From: Octopus sinensis
Taxonomy: Eukaryota
Reading direction: 5' to 3'
DNA: 64,000 bases
NCBI RefSeq assembly: GCF_006345805.1
Contig: NC_043010.1
Location: 39,432,001-39,496,000, forward strand
In this document: positions 38,645 to 52,896 of the stretch, piece by piece
Layout: every line of letters starts with the position of its first letter
How positions within the stretch are numbered: position 1 is the first letter of the stretch
Position numbers and translations under genes: made by a program
Notes under the pieces: generated by a model
Database searches by the model: none
What the model was told of the DNA's origin: nothing
What the model saw: only the letters and a program-made list of their open reading frames with translations

Positions 38645-38812
38645 GTATATACAACGGGCTTCTTTTCAGTTTCCGTCTATCAAATCCACTCACAAGGCTT
38701 TGGTCGACCCAAGGCTATAGAGGACACTTGCCCAAGGTGCCACGCAGTGCGACTGAACTCGGAGCGACGTGGTTGCTAAGCAAGCTACTTACCACGCAGC
38801 CACTCTTGCGCC
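38348..38812 (-). mobile_element. SINE family A with expanded internal microsatellite
   Basis: Family A head, body and tail. A short duplication of the head end follows at 38816-38834. Confidence 0.9.
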
Positions 38813-39120
38813 TATTTACCACACAGCCACTCCTTTATAATGTTCTTCCAATTATTCAAAGAATAATTCAATTTAGAATATATCTGTTATTGTTTCCATA
38901 TCTGGTGCGTTACCGTTTCTCTTGTAGTCATGTAATCTTAGAATTAGCTTCGCCAAGAAACAGTTTGGCATTGTTTCAGAACGCATTTGAATTAAAAAGT
39001 GGGTCGTTATGAGAGAACAGAATGATTAACAACTTGTATAATTATAGGAACGCCGCGCGTTGGTTTTATCTAGTAAGTGCTTTGAAGATAAAGAAAGAAT
39101 GACTGAAAATACAGATGATA

Positions 39121-39514
39121 TCTTTATATATAAAAGTGAGGTTGTGTGCAGTCTGTCTCCTACGATTTAGATTCCTAACTACTCCCACATTTTACGCTGC
39201 AGTTTAACCAAAACCGGGTATCTTATAGTCGTGATTCATATCGAGCCCTTCTGGGTATTAGTGTGCGTCTACGATGAGTCTACGATTAAAAAAAAAAATT
39301 ACCATCAATTTTTCCCATTTTTAATGCATTTTTGGCATATATAAGGGAAGTAATTCTCTAAAAATTATTATTAAATCTCCGAACGTAAAAAGCTACAGTA
39401 ACACCCCCCTCTGTGGTTAGCCATGTTGAGATGGCTATTATACTTTACATCTCTAAAAATGCTTATATAGTTATCTCCCCTACAAACCCGAGCAACGCCG
39501 GGCGATACTGCTAG
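39121..39514 (+). mobile_element. Non-autonomous Helitron
   Basis: A|TCtttatatataaaa ... cccgagcaacgccggg hairpin, cgatactgCTAG|T. Confidence 0.88.
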
Positions 39515-39789
39515 TATATTATAATATATGACAGGACATAAAAATAAATATACTCGTGCGTAAGGCATGAATACTAGCATGAAAATATCGCACTAAGTCT
39601 CTAAAGCTGGAGATATTTTTTGTTTTGGTTAGCATGATATTGCAGTGGCGTTAAGATTTGTATAATTATGTAATCCCTTAATTACCTCTCAATGCAGCTT
39701 TGAATGTCCAACTATTACAGATAGAGTTATAGGAACAATTTATTATGAGAAGTTTTGATCAAATACATTTATGAATTCCATAAGTAAAA

Positions 39790-40065
39790 CCTTTATGAAT
39801 TTGGGAGATGGAAAGTGTGCGGCAGCTCGTACTGTGTATATATGTGTGTGAATGCGTGTATGTACGCGTGCGAGCCTGTGTCTGTGTTTGTCATCTCATC
39901 ACCTGACAAACTTGTTTTAACTTGTTTACGTGTGAGTTACTCAGCGCTTCTGTAAAAAGAGTTAGAGAGAATAAATAGTGAACTTCAACGAATAAGTACT
40001 AAGGCAATTTGGTCTTCTTCAAGACCGAGCTCGGCATAGCCGCAGTCCAACGTTTGAATCGAATA
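39790..40065 (+). mobile_element. SINE family A, old degenerate 3' part
   Basis: Degenerate matches (gatggaaagtgtgcggcagctcgt; gcatagccgcagtccaacgtttgaatc). Confidence 0.5.
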
Positions 40066-40599
40066 CATGAATGTACATGAACGAAATGCATCCCCAGGTT
40101 CGTGGCATAGATTATAAAGACCACGTGAACGATCCTCACAGTTATCGAGTGCAGGCCAACCCATCTAAATGTGAGGATATGGGATTCCGAAGGGTAAGTG
40201 TATTTTCGTCACTAGTGAAACTCCGAATTCCTGCCTAGTATATCAGAAGTCTACATTTTTGAAGCATAATAAACAATCTGATTTCATATATACTTGTTCC
40301 AATACACCATAGTTATAACAAGTAAGATTTTAATGATTTTCTATCATTCTATTCAAGAATGTTCCATATTACTCTAACCAAGTCGCTTTTATGTAATTTG
40401 TTCGATAAAAAAAGGAAATCTATCATTTCACAATCAATTATGTCGAAATATTTTTGCTTGTTTTAAAGTTTTTAGTTTATTTTAGTACAATATTTTCAGC
40501 ACATATCATCGACCTTTCCTCAAGGGGACGTACAATATTTTAATGGTGGCTCTTCAAGAATATTTATCGTTGTTTGTTCACAGCTGTGCTGTAGTTGCT

Positions 40600-41270
40600 T
40601 CTGTAAGAGAAGCGACTTACGACACTTGGAAATTTTCACCCATTCCTCATAACTGGCTTACATTCTCCCAGTAGCGAAATCTCTCCCTTTAAAGTCAAGG
40701 ATTGCCACTATACTGACAAAGCTCTTTCATGCCTCATTCTACCCTAGAATATAACTCGATATTTATGAAAACGCTTCAATGTGTTCCACTCCAAAGAAAG
40801 CTAATTTCTCTGACCCAGTCATATATCATCTTACTACATTCACCTCTAGCATTGCTAAAGTAATGGTAATATATTTGTTAATAAAGACATTCTCTTAAAA
40901 CTTAAATCGTTTCCTTCCTATTCTGTATGACCTCCGCAGGGCCAGATCCACTGTAGACCTACCCTCTTGTGTCTCTCATCAGTTTGCTCTCGTTTTATAA
41001 ATATTCAGTGAAAGCAATGTTGTCTTATTCATTAGCATGTCCTACAGTTCTGTGAATATTTTCCGCATGCGTCATTCATCTTTCGGATTGTCAGCGTTGT
41101 AATAGCTGGCATCAACGTGAATGCAATGACGGAACTTTTCCCACCCTAATCTCAAATTTAGTGTCCCCAGCCTCTTCCTTCTGAACCTCAACGCTCTACG
41201 AGATATATCAAACAACACCCGCTTTCATGCAGATGATACGGACCTTCAAACGTCCACAATATTCCCCCGA
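40600..41270 (+). mobile_element. Highly decayed LINE reverse transcriptase fragment
   Basis: YDLRRARSTVDL (cf. YGFR..RST.DL), gtgtccccag (GVPQ-like) and HADDT appear in the expected order. Confidence 0.5.
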
Positions 41271-41603
41271 CCTTTCAGAATATCTGTCATTTAATTATGG
41301 CTTATTACTTCCACATACAAAACTATTATTTCTGGGTAGCTTTTCCACAATATAAACAATTATCAAAATATTTTATTTAATGAAACCTTCCTTGTTATTC
41401 TTCAGCACATCCATATTTTTATGTACGTGGTGATCAATAATTGAATATTACGCTCACAGGAACCATTTGCAAAATGTATTTCTGTCTTCCCCAAAATGAA
41501 TTTTACATGTAAATAAATATGATATCTCATATTATAGGAGATAAAACTTTGTAAGCTATATAAAGACAGCTTATGGGCTGTAGGATTTATGGTTTATTCT
41601 ATT

Positions 41604-42480
41604 TACGAGGTGGTATCAAAAAGTACTAGGACTAGTTCTGTAGCATACCAACAGATGGCAGCACTCGTTTGCTTGCATAATGAGGGGCAACAGTGACCTT
41701 CATGAGGCAGTGTATCAATCGATATTGCAGTGTTTATTTTGCAAGTTGTGGAATTTGTGTTTTGTGATCACATATATATATAGCAGTCTGAGAGTTTTGT
41801 CGTGAAGAGGAAGTTGGAGAAAAGCTCCAACGTGAAATTTTGCATTAAATTAAGAAAGTCCGCAGCAAAGCCATAGGACAAGCTTCAGACCGCTTACGGT
41901 GACGAGATAATCGGTGGTAAACAATGTTTCGTGTAGCACAGGTGCTTCAAAAAGCACGACAGAGCTGCACCTCAGTGAAGAGTATGCTCATTTTCTTTTG
42001 AGCATCCGCAGTATTAAGTATCGGGAATGAAACCCTCAATGCCAGACTGTCAATCGCGAGGTCTATGCGACATTCTGAGTCGTTTGAGGGAGGAAGATAT
42101 GCGACGAAAACAACCAGATCAGTTTGAAAAATTGGATTCTTCACGATGATAAGGCACCCTGTCACATAGTTCTCTTCACTCGTGAGTTTCTCACCAAAGA
42201 CATCACGGTATCACTCTGCACCCGCGCTATTGGTCACACTTAGTACCTGTTGACTTCTATCTCCTCCTTAAGATCAATATGCATTTCAAAGGTCGCCGTT
42301 TTAGCATCGTTGTCGAGATCCAGATTGAATTGCAGAAGGTCCTCGACTTGCTTACAGATGCCGACTTCTAGGTCAGATTCCAAAAGTGGCTGGGACCAGT
42401 GTATATCTCTGAAAGATGACTATTTCGAAGTAGATACTATCAAAACTTAGGTAAATAACAAATATTTTAAAAATATAATA
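41604..42480 (+). mobile_element. Internally deleted mariner element, 3' end interrupted by a SINE
   Basis: TIR-like tacgaggtggtatcaaaaagt; NVKFCIKLRKSA..LQTAYGDE..CF; QTVNREVY; WILHDDKAPCH; WDQCISLKDDYFE. Confidence 0.8.
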
Positions 42481-42483
42481 TAA

Positions 42484-42845
42484 CTTACCAACCACATGGT
42501 TCTGGGTTCATTCCCACTGCGTGGCACCTTGGACAAGTGTATACTACTATAGCCTCGGGCCGACCAAAGCCTTGTGAGTGAATTTGGTAGACGGAAACTG
42601 AAAGAAGCCCGTCGTATATATGTATATGTATGTGTGTGTGTGTGCGTTTGTGTGTTTGTGTTTGCCCCCCCCCCCAACATCGCTTGATAGCCCATGCTGG
42701 TGTGTTTACGTACCCGTAACTTGGCGGTTCGGCAAAATAGATCGATAGAATAAGTACTAGGCTAGGCTTCCAAAGAACTTGCTCGACGACAGGTGGTGAT
42801 CCAGCATGGCCGCAGTCAAATGACTGAAACAAGTCAAAGAGTCAA
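42484..42845 (+). mobile_element. SINE family A (head slightly truncated)
   Basis: Family A body, internal microsatellite and tail ccagcatggccgcagtcaaatgactgaaacaag. Confidence 0.88.
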
Positions 42846-42859
42846 TGAGTCCGGGAATC

Positions 42860-43930
42860 TTTTCATACCACCTCGTATATCAGAGATTAAGGTGTTTCCA
42901 TTCAATTTGGTCTACCATAACATTTTCGATTCTTTCAGTAAGTTATCAAAAGTTTTTACTAGTAAATATCCGTGTACTTGCTTGGTATTTGAATCAGATG
43001 TTTGGCATTTTATCATCTGTCGGTGCTTTCAAGCATTTCCATTTTCTGTAATGTCTGGCTTACGTCTTGAACTGATATGACTTCCCCCGACTGTTCATAT
43101 GTTGCGCTCGTATTTTGATTAATTTGTCTGTAGCGATATCTATAACGTCCATAAACTCCTCGTCCACAATTCGTCTACTTGCTATTGATACTGTATTGAT
43201 TTTTATTTTACCAAGGTATTGATAAAATGGTTTTGTATCGGGGTCCAATTCTTTTTTGTTCAAAGATCGTTATCACTTTTCATACCACCAAATTCTTGTT
43301 GATTTAGTTGAAACCTCTTGTTTCAATCAGTCTTTGATTTCGACTCCGTCGTCGGCTTTTGTTTTATTATACTATATATGTATCATTTCACTCAGTATGT
43401 TGTTTTTCAATTGTCTTTATTGGTTTCAATGAGGTTGAAGAATCTAGTCTTTTATATATTTTATTCTCTGATTTCAGCCTCGTTGGTTTGTTTGGGTTTT
43501 TAGTGTTCCTATACGAGTAAATCAGAAACAATATCGGCTTTCCTTTGTTAATATTATGGCTGCTGCATATAATATTTCGTTTTTCTTCTTTTTTCCTTTC
43601 CAAACGATACTGAACTTTGTGTCTGTTTTCATTATGCCTGCTTCCAGTTTATTTGTCACACTATTATTTCAACGTTGTTTTATATCACTGAGAGGCGCAT
43701 TCGTTGGTGCTACACATTTCAATATTTTAAGAATCTTTATCTTGAGTATATTGCGATATTCATAATTCCTGTCTTTATAATTTTCAATTCCAAATACTTC
43801 TCATACACCCTTCAAATGATATTTCCGTTCTTCTGTCTGACTTTTTGTCAGTCTGTATTCTATAGGTTACCAAGTGTTTTGTAACTCACTTGACTTTTTT
43901 TTTCTCGTGTCAAGTCTATATTCATTATTT
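42860..43930 (-). mobile_element. Possible very old RLE-type LINE RT remnant
   Basis: A-rich minus strand with weak motif echoes only (IYKRLD cf. YKYLG; KQVHGY cf. K.LHGQ). Confidence 0.3.
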
Positions 43931-44010
43931 AGGTTCTCTATTGATTATACTTGAGTTCATTTTTTCGTACTTTTCATATATGCTCTCTCTTTTGGATATA
44001 TATATATGTT

Positions 44011-44096
<86 letters not shown>

Positions 44097-44556
44097 ATGT
44101 GTGTTTGTATATATATGTATATATATATATAAGAAATGAAATAGAGCAACAATTAACAATTAGAAGTCGATCACTACTTTTAAAAGGTCATAGTTTAATT
44201 GTAGTTCAAGAAAATTTACCGCTGTTTTAGTTTGTTCTTTCGAAGTAAATTTGCATTTATCTCGTTCCATTTAACAAAACATCGTCAGAATCATTTAGAG
44301 TTTATCGTAGGAATATAGATAGGAAGAAAATGGAAATGAAAAGAAAGAAGAAAAATGGAAAAAAGGAAAAAGTTTATTCAGTCTTTAGGCTTACATTTTT
44401 GTGCCCTTTTTGGCTTCCACGTGTGTGTACGTTTCTTCAATTTGACGAATTCAGCCGTAAGTGGAAAAATGACTAGTTTACGTATATATATATATATTAT
44501 ATATATATATATATATATACATGTGCGTGTATGTATCTATGTGTGCATGTATATAT

Positions 44557-44599
<43 letters not shown>

Positions 44600-44644
44600 G
44601 TATATATGTATATACGTATGTTTGTGTTGTGTGTGTTTGTCTGT

Positions 44645-44885
44645 GCGTATTGTGTTCTTGAGCAAGACACTTTATTTCACGTTGCTCCAGTTTACTCAGC
44701 TGTAGAAATGAGTTGTGACATCACAAGTGCCAAGCTGTATCGGCGTTTGGCTTTCCCTTGGATAACATCGGTCGCATGGAGAGGGGAGGGTGGCATGCAT
44801 GGGCGACTGCTGGTCTTTCATAAACAACCTTGCCCGGACTTGTTCCTAAGAAAGTAACTTTCTAGATGCAATCCCATGACTGAAT
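44645..44885 (+). mobile_element. SINE family C, headless
   Basis: tgtgttcttgagcaagacactttatttcacgttgctccagtttactcagctgtagaaatgagt is a typical conserved SINE central-domain sequence (CORE/V-like). The tRNA head is replaced by microsatellite. Confidence 0.55.
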
Positions 44886-45199
44886 AAAAGTTACGTTGAA
44901 GAGGCTACAGATGAACTACTCCATATTCGTTGCATAGAAACTCTGAACTGAGTAATTCATAAAGAAAATCCCCATAAATGACTTTATGGAGATTAAGCTA
45001 GTATTTCTTTCACAGTAGGACCTTCAGTCTTTTTCGAGTCGAGTAATGCGACACAACTTAGTATCACATAAAATATTATCACACTGAAATCTCTCTAATT
45101 CACGACTGAAATGAACGTAGGACATTAATATTTGACAACAACAAACTAGACAGGATTGTGAAAGAGATTTACAGTTAAAAGTATACAAGATTCAACGGC

Positions 45200-45696
45200 G
45201 GCAGCTGTTCGCAAGCCCCTCCCATCAATAACGGTTTGAGAAAATGAAGATAGCGAATTCGATACAGCGTACCTCAGATTTTTTGGACGACGTTTGTTTC
45301 ACTTCGAACGCTGTGGTTAAATTTCAAGACAAAAGAGATTCTGCCACTTCACCAGAGAACATTTCTGAAGATGTCAGAACACATTTCAAATGATAGAATA
45401 CAACTGGTGTCATGGTTTGGGATGCTGTTGCATCTGATGCTCCATCGTGGTCACTGAAGAAGAAGTGAAAAAGAATAGCAGAGTTTACTAGTAAATATTG
45501 TAAAGAGAGGTGTTACCTGGGTTGTCAGTCACATCTGGAATTTCATGACTTCATTTTAGACAGATCTCCGAACTTAGAGCTAATTTAACGTAGATCCGGC
45601 AAAGAAGCCTCTCCGTTGATGTTTCATCAGGTCAAGCTGGCCTCCAGGAAGGTCTTGTATTAATTCTGTGGATTCTACTATATGGTCCATTGTTGG
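45200..45696 (+). mobile_element. Decayed Tc1/maT-like transposase fragment
   Basis: GVMVWDAVASD, VKKNSRVY**IL*REVLP and WPPGRSCINSVDSTIWSIV (cf. WPPSSPDLNP.D..IW). Confidence 0.6.
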
Positions 45697-46076
45697 AGGT
45701 GCAATGGCCCAGTGGTTAGGACAGCGGAAACGTGGTCATAGGATGGCGGTTTCGATTCCCAGACTGGGCGTTGTGAATATTTATTGAGCGAAAACACCTA
45801 AAGCTCCATCAGGCTCCGACAGGGGGTGGTGGCGAACCCTACTGTACTCTTTCACCACAACTTTCTCACAATCTTTATTCTTGTTTCTGTTGTACCTGAA
45901 TTTCAAAGGGCCACCCTTCTCACAATTTATATCACGCTGAATCTCCCTGAGAACTACGTTAAGGGTACACGTATCTGTGGAGTGCTCAGTCACTTGCACG
46001 TTCATTTCAGGAGCATGCTGTTCCGTTGATCAAATCAACTGGAACCCTCATCGTCATAACCGACGGAGTGCCACAA
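45695..46076 (+). mobile_element. SINE family D (tRNA-derived), full length
   Basis: A box tggcccagtgg, B box ggtttcgattccc, tail gttccgttgatcaaatcaactggaaccctcatcgtcataaccgacggagtgccacaa. Confidence 0.8.
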
Positions 46077-46101
46077 TGGTTCATATAAGAGAGCGATGGA
46101 T

Positions 46102-47377
46102 TATATTAGTTTGTCAAGAAAGTTCTTGTGGATTTTAACCTTTAAATTCAGATGCACATATCGCGGCTCAATCAAATATTTAATTACCGAAATAAACACC
46201 ATCAGAATCAATACACTTTTGCCAATACAAAACAAGTTTATTTATGCCAGTAGCGTAAAGATCCTGCGTTCTGGTTGTGATGAAGTTGTTGGCGTGTTTG
46301 GCATTATCTTGCTTTTTGAAGCATTTCTCACGCAGGAAGATGTCGACATGCTTGAAAAAGTGGTAATCGGTAGGCGAGAGGTCTGGTGAGTGTGACGGAT
46401 GAGGCAGAGTTTCGTAGCCCAATTCGTTCAACTTCTGCAGAGTCAGTTGTGCGACGTGCGGCCGAGCGTTTTCGTAGAGAAGAATTGGTCCTTTTCTATT
46501 GACCAATGCTGGCCGTTGTTCTCGGAGTTTCTCCTGCATTTCATCCATTTGCTGACAGTACTTCTCCATCGTAATGGTTTCGCCTGGATCCAAAAAGCTG
46601 TGATGGATGAGACCGGCCGCAGACAACCAAACATTCACCACGACCTCTTTTGGTGCAACTTTGGCTTCGTCGGCGTCCAACCGCTGAGCTGAGCGTCACC
46701 GGTTGTCGTAAGAAAGACTCTTTCCATCGCGAGTCACAATCCGATCGAGAAACGGGTCGTTCTTGTGGCGTAAAAGAAGGGAAGACGACACTTCAGAACG
46801 GTAATTTTATGGTTGTCGTTCAATTCGTGCGGCACCCATTTCTTATGTGTTTTTGTTTTGCAATCTATTTCAAGTGGTTGAAAATTGTCGTATACTTTAC
46901 GTCTAATTCAGACGCAAGCTCTCGAACAGTTGTGTGTGGATTGGCTTCGACTAAGGCCCTTAGTTGATCGTTGTTGACATTCGATTGCCGACCACTACGC
47001 TAATCATCTTCAAGAATCTCGTCACCGCTACGAAATTTCTTGAACCACCATTGTCCTGTATGTTCATTAGTGGTTCCTGGGCCAAATGCATTGTTGATAT
47101 TGCGAGCTGTTTCAACAGCTGTTCGGCTTGGCTTGAACTGGAATAAGAAAATTGTGCGAATTTGCATTTTGTCCATGTTGCAGTCAACGTTCCGCGGAAA
47201 AAGGCCTAATTATTCAAAAAGGAAAAGAGTAACGCGATTAGATAGAGCGAAAAACGGGCTTCTTTTAAAATATATAAATAATATAATGTCAAAGTAATTT
47301 AACAATAATTAATTTGAAAATACATCATTTAAAACCAAAATTTAAAATTCCCCAAGAACTCTCTTGACAAAATAATA
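46102..47377 (-). mobile_element. Near full-length mariner element with both TIRs; transposase pseudogene 47176-46180
   Basis: TIRs tattagtttgtcaagaaagttcttgtggattttaa and the reverse complement of ttaaaattccccaagaactctcttgacaaaataata. Translation MDKMQIRTIFLFQFK..WWFKKFRSGD..; WVPHEL; PILLYENARPH; HSPDLSPTDYHFF; WQKCIDSDGVYF. Contains stops and frameshifts. Confidence 0.93.
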
Positions 47378-47787
47378 TCAAAGTGTGCCAAACCACAAAG
47401 AAAGTTTTAAGATGTCGTGTTCCAATTTGAACCAAGAGTTGAAAAATGCGTGGACTCCAGTTGAGAAAAATGAAAAGACGAAGGCTTATAGTGAAAACAA
47501 AGCGTCGGCATTTTGAGAGGTAATTATAAAATATTCTCAATAAATATAATAATCCACCTGAAAACTTTCATTAACATAAATCCTAAATCGTTTTATTTTG
47601 TTTTCAAATCAATAACGGGTAAATTTGTATGATGCACCCGGAAAGTATACATTGACAAGTACTTAACTAAATGCTCACACACAAACGCACACTCACAAAC
47701 ACAGACGTACGCATGAAAACACACAGCCAGGTACATAATATAAAGTGCATGTCTATAGATTTATAAGTTTATATATGTGTATATATG

Positions 47788-47822
47788 CATCTATCTATAT
47801 ATCTATCTATCTATCTATTTAC

Positions 47823-47886
<64 letters not shown>

Positions 47887-47961
47887 ATATCTATCTACCT
47901 ATCTATCTATTTATCTATCTATCTATATATCTATCTATCTATATATATATCTTCCTGTCTG

Positions 47962-48032
<71 letters not shown>

Positions 48033-48145
48033 ATCTATTTATTTATTTATCTATCTATCTATTTATCGTATCTATCTATCTATCGATCTATCTATGTATC
48101 TATCTATCTATTTATCGTATCTATCTATCTATCTGTCAATCTATC
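47788..48145. repeat. Long imperfect (TATC)n microsatellite
   Basis: Direct reading of the sequence. Confidence 0.95.
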
Positions 48146-48651
48146 TCTCCATAGACATACATACATACATATAATGCACACATACATATTTTACTGAAAT
48201 TTGTTCACAATTCATAGCATTCATTGGTATATGTAAAACAATGTGTGTATATATTTTTGTGTGTGTCAATAAATATATATATATATATATATATATGTGT
48301 GCGTGTGTGTGTGTGTGTACATAAATATATATGTATATATGTGAGTGCGTGTTTTCTTAGAATTCATCTTTTAGAGTCATGTATATATGTTAGTAAGGCC
48401 ACCTGAAGGAAATCCATTTCATTATCGATGAATATTATTGATTCCCCATTTTTAGCAATATCGTGGGTGTATTTTACATTGAATGGCCGTAAGTAACAAA
48501 TCCTGTTGTTGTTTTATTGACATTGTTGGAGGTGTTCTGAATACGATACGTAGTAGCGTGACACGAGGTGATTATTTTGAATATTATGATTATCATTATA
48601 TTTACATATATGCATATATATATATGTATATATATACATATATATATATAT

Positions 48652-48734
<83 letters not shown>

Positions 48735-49949
48735 GCATGTAAGAATATTTTCTCAAAATCAATCTTTCATCATCATATTTATATATATATATATATATAT
48801 ACATACACACACATATATATATGCATGTATGCTAGAATATTTCTTAAAAATCAATATTTTATCGTCATATTTATGTATACATATGTATACATAAATATGT
48901 ATACATATGTATACATATAACCATACATATATATGTATACATATATATGTATAACCATACATATATATATATGTCTATATATATGTATATATATATATAT
49001 CTGTGTATAAATTCACACACTCAGACATCGCAGTATTTAGCTACCACAGCGTAAGTATCATTGAGCATAACGGTAGAATATTTGATCGGATTTTTGTTAC
49101 CTAACGGATACATTATTTTACCGATTCTGTTGCACGCTTTTCCGTTGTGATTTCATTTACTACACTCATCATATTTTTTATGCAACTCTAGCAACGATGA
49201 AATGCGTTTCTGTGCAATAATGAGTGAATACAATTTATTGTGTCAATTAACAGTTAAAGACTGATATGTTGCAAGTTGTTTATCCAAACACTCTACAGCC
49301 AACCGTCACTCCGAATTGTGTATAGCGGCACCTTTGTAGTGATGAATCAAAAAGACATCCTTTGAGCACCTTTGTCTTTGTTTTAACTGAACCACCAGGA
49401 TGTGACAACCGGAAGAAGATAGAGATGAATCAGCTTCCGGTTGGTGTTAATTGTAGCTTAATAGACTGGATGCAACATAAACCAACTTCGTAGCTCAATG
49501 GTAAATGCGCTGCTTGAACCCGAAATTGAATTCATGAATTTATGACCTTATGATGAAGGGTCGAGCCGTCACATACAATAGGCAATAGACTACATACATT
49601 CACCGATGTTGTAAACAATTCGCTTTCTATAATCGTACGTTTTATTCGGATAATGTATTCAGAAGTTTTGTTGTTGGTTCATGTTGTTTTATACGAAATA
49701 ATGAAGGATTTTTTCCTCAAGATATTCTATAAGTATTTTACAATAACATTGGTGGACAGTTGAGCCAAAGAGTCAATAGCTTTACGACACGTCTTTGATC
49801 TGTCTTGTGAATTTACTGGCATGGAGGTTCGATCTAATTATCATTGCCTGTTGCATGATGAGCGAGTTCAAATTCCAACTTCGAGACATGAACATTTCTC
49901 ACAAGGGGGTTGACTGTAAGCTGAAGTGCGAAAATCCACTGGTATTCAG

Positions 49950-50260
49950 CTGGTGGTAATGGTGATGGTCGCGGCGTTGGCGGCAGTAGAATTGATGAAC
50001 TTGATGATGAGGAAAAGAATCAAGATGACGACGAAGACGACGAAGACGACGACGACGACAAAGATGATGATGATGATGGTGGTGGCGAAATTGGTGGTGA
50101 TGGTGATGAATTTGGTGCTGGTGGTTGTGGTAGAGATGACTGTTTGTCTAGATATTTGGTATGTTGGTGATGAATCTGGTAATGATGGTGATGTTGTCGA
50201 GTAAGGTGAAGCTGGTGGTAGCTGTGGCGACGTTGCAGATAATGATAGTGATGTTGATGA
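49950..50260. repeat. Mixed (GAT/GGT/GAC)n trinucleotide low-complexity tract
   Basis: Direct reading of the sequence. Confidence 0.85.
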
Positions 50261-50780
50261 AAATAAGGAAGAACATTAGAGCTATGATACATACTGCGAA
50301 GAAAGTAAGAAAAATAATAATAATTAAATGAAATCATACCAAAGATGACATTTACAAAATGGTTGCGTAACATAAAAATGCAATTGTTAATACATATATG
50401 TTATATTACAAAAATATTTGAGTATATTGTATGTAAATTATATATAAGTCAATTATGGGAATTAAGTTGATTTTACAGCTATCTTCGGGTAGTGGTATAT
50501 GCATTAACATCAACATAAATAGAAACGTTACAAATTTTACAAAATACTCGTACATATACACATATACACACACAAACACAATCTCTATCAGACAAACACA
50601 TGCACGCAAGCTTAATATCATACACACATATACACACATGCAGGTATATGTATAATCGTATAGTTATATATATACATATATTATATATATATATAATATA
50701 TATATATATATATACATGCACATATATGTATATGTGTATATACTATATATAGGTATTTATCTATTTTCATATACGTGTGC

Positions 50781-50822
<42 letters not shown>

Positions 50823-50917
50823 AATATAAATATCTGAATATATATATATAATATATATATGTACATATATATCTATCTCTTTCGCTCTCTATCTAACTAT
50901 GAATCTATATTTATATA

Positions 50918-50972
<55 letters not shown>

Positions 50973-51790
50973 ATGTGTGTATGTCTGTGTGTATGTGTCT
51001 GTGTCTGCGTGTGTATGTGTGTGTCTGTCTGTGTGTGTATGTATGCAAATGTGTAGTTTATTATGCATAGTTAGTTATCAAAATATATTTATGCTGAAAG
51101 CATCAATAATCCCTAACAGCCGAGTATCTATAAACATATCCATTTACTAATATAATTATAAATACGCTGCCGTAACTCAAAACCCCATAAAACATGTGAA
51201 GTTGTGATCTACCTTATTACTTGAAGCATAAATTATACATACACATATATAGGCTAAAGTATTGAAATTTAAAGGTATATAGGCAAAATATATTTATATA
51301 TAAACTAGATATACGTTACAAATATATAAATATATATATTAAATTTTAAAGATACACTAACTAATGTGTGTGTATATATATATATTTTATTTTAAAGATA
51401 CACTAAATAATGTGTGTGTATATACATATATTATAGTATATATCTATTTTAAACATACAATAAATATGCATAATATGTACATATAATGATAGTGATGTGA
51501 ACACAAAGAAATAAATATAGATGTATATTTATGTTCAATGATATAGGGATGTGTACATATAGAGGCACACAGAATCACACAGTTAAATATATTTATATAT
51601 TCGAACAAACATATTCACGCATAAATTTCATATATCATATATGGTTATGATCACAGAAGCACATACGTTGGTTTATGAACGTTACTTTAAAAATATAAAA
51701 TTTCTTATACAGTTATGTTTACAAATTGCTGTATAATAATATTAATAGTGAAATAATCATACGAATATACAAGCATACGTATATACATAA

Positions 51791-51867
<77 letters not shown>

Positions 51868-51893
51868 TGTGTGTGTGTGTGCGTGTGCGTGTA

Positions 51894-51925
<32 letters not shown>

Positions 51926-51971
51926 CATACATAAACGCACACACATTATTATTCTATTATTTATATATATT

Positions 51972-52404
51972 TACTCTTTTACTCTTTTCAGTCATTTGAC
52001 TGTGGTCATGCTGGACCACCGCCTTTAGTGGAGCAAATCGACCTCACCACTTTGTAAGCCTAGTAGTTATTCTATCGGGCTCTTTTTTCAGAACCGCTAT
52101 GCTACGGGGACGTAAACACACTAGCATCGGTGTCAAGTGATGTTGGGAGGGACAAACACAGACACACATAGACACACACACGCACACACATACACACACA
52201 TACACACACACACACAAATATATATATATATATATATATACGACGGACTTCTTTCAGTTTCCGTCTACCAAAGTCACTCACAACGCTTTGGTCGGCCCGA
52301 AGCTATAGTAGAAGACACTTGCCCAAGGTGCCACGCAGTGGGACTGAACCTGGAGCCATGAGGTTCGTAAGCAAGCTACTTACTTCATAGCCAATCCTAC
52401 GCCT
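51972..52404 (-). mobile_element. SINE family A, full length
   Basis: Family A head, internal microsatellite and tail. Confidence 0.9.
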
Positions 52405-52855
52405 ACGATTTTCTATCTAATTTGCAAGATTCTGTATCTGAATTCGTGTGGTGAAGCATATTTTATTGTGCAGAGGTATTCCTTTTAGTACCTTGTTAAT
52501 TTAGCACACTCACCGGTCTGATTTCTACTCATTTACTTATTATATTTTGTTACGACTTGCAACAATTTTTATGTGTCGTTGTTTCTGTCCTTTACCGGAA
52601 TTGCGTTCTATCTTTATTTCGAACGCATGCGTGTGCGTCGGTCTGCGTATGCGTGTATGTATGCATGCGTATATATGCATACACATATGTATGTGTGCAC
52701 ATTTTTATGTATATGTGTGTATGTGTGTTTGCATACATACATGTGTATGCATGCATGCACAGTTGTATGTATGCACGCGTGTATGTATGTTTGTATTATG
52801 TATGTATATATGTTTGTATGTGTGCCCATCGGTCCGTATACGTAACCACGCACGT

Positions 52856-52896
<41 letters not shown>

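Noticed and set aside
45695-45770. tRNA-like sequences at SINE heads
   Set aside because: A and B boxes continue into SINE bodies without a complete cloverleaf, so they are not tRNA genes.
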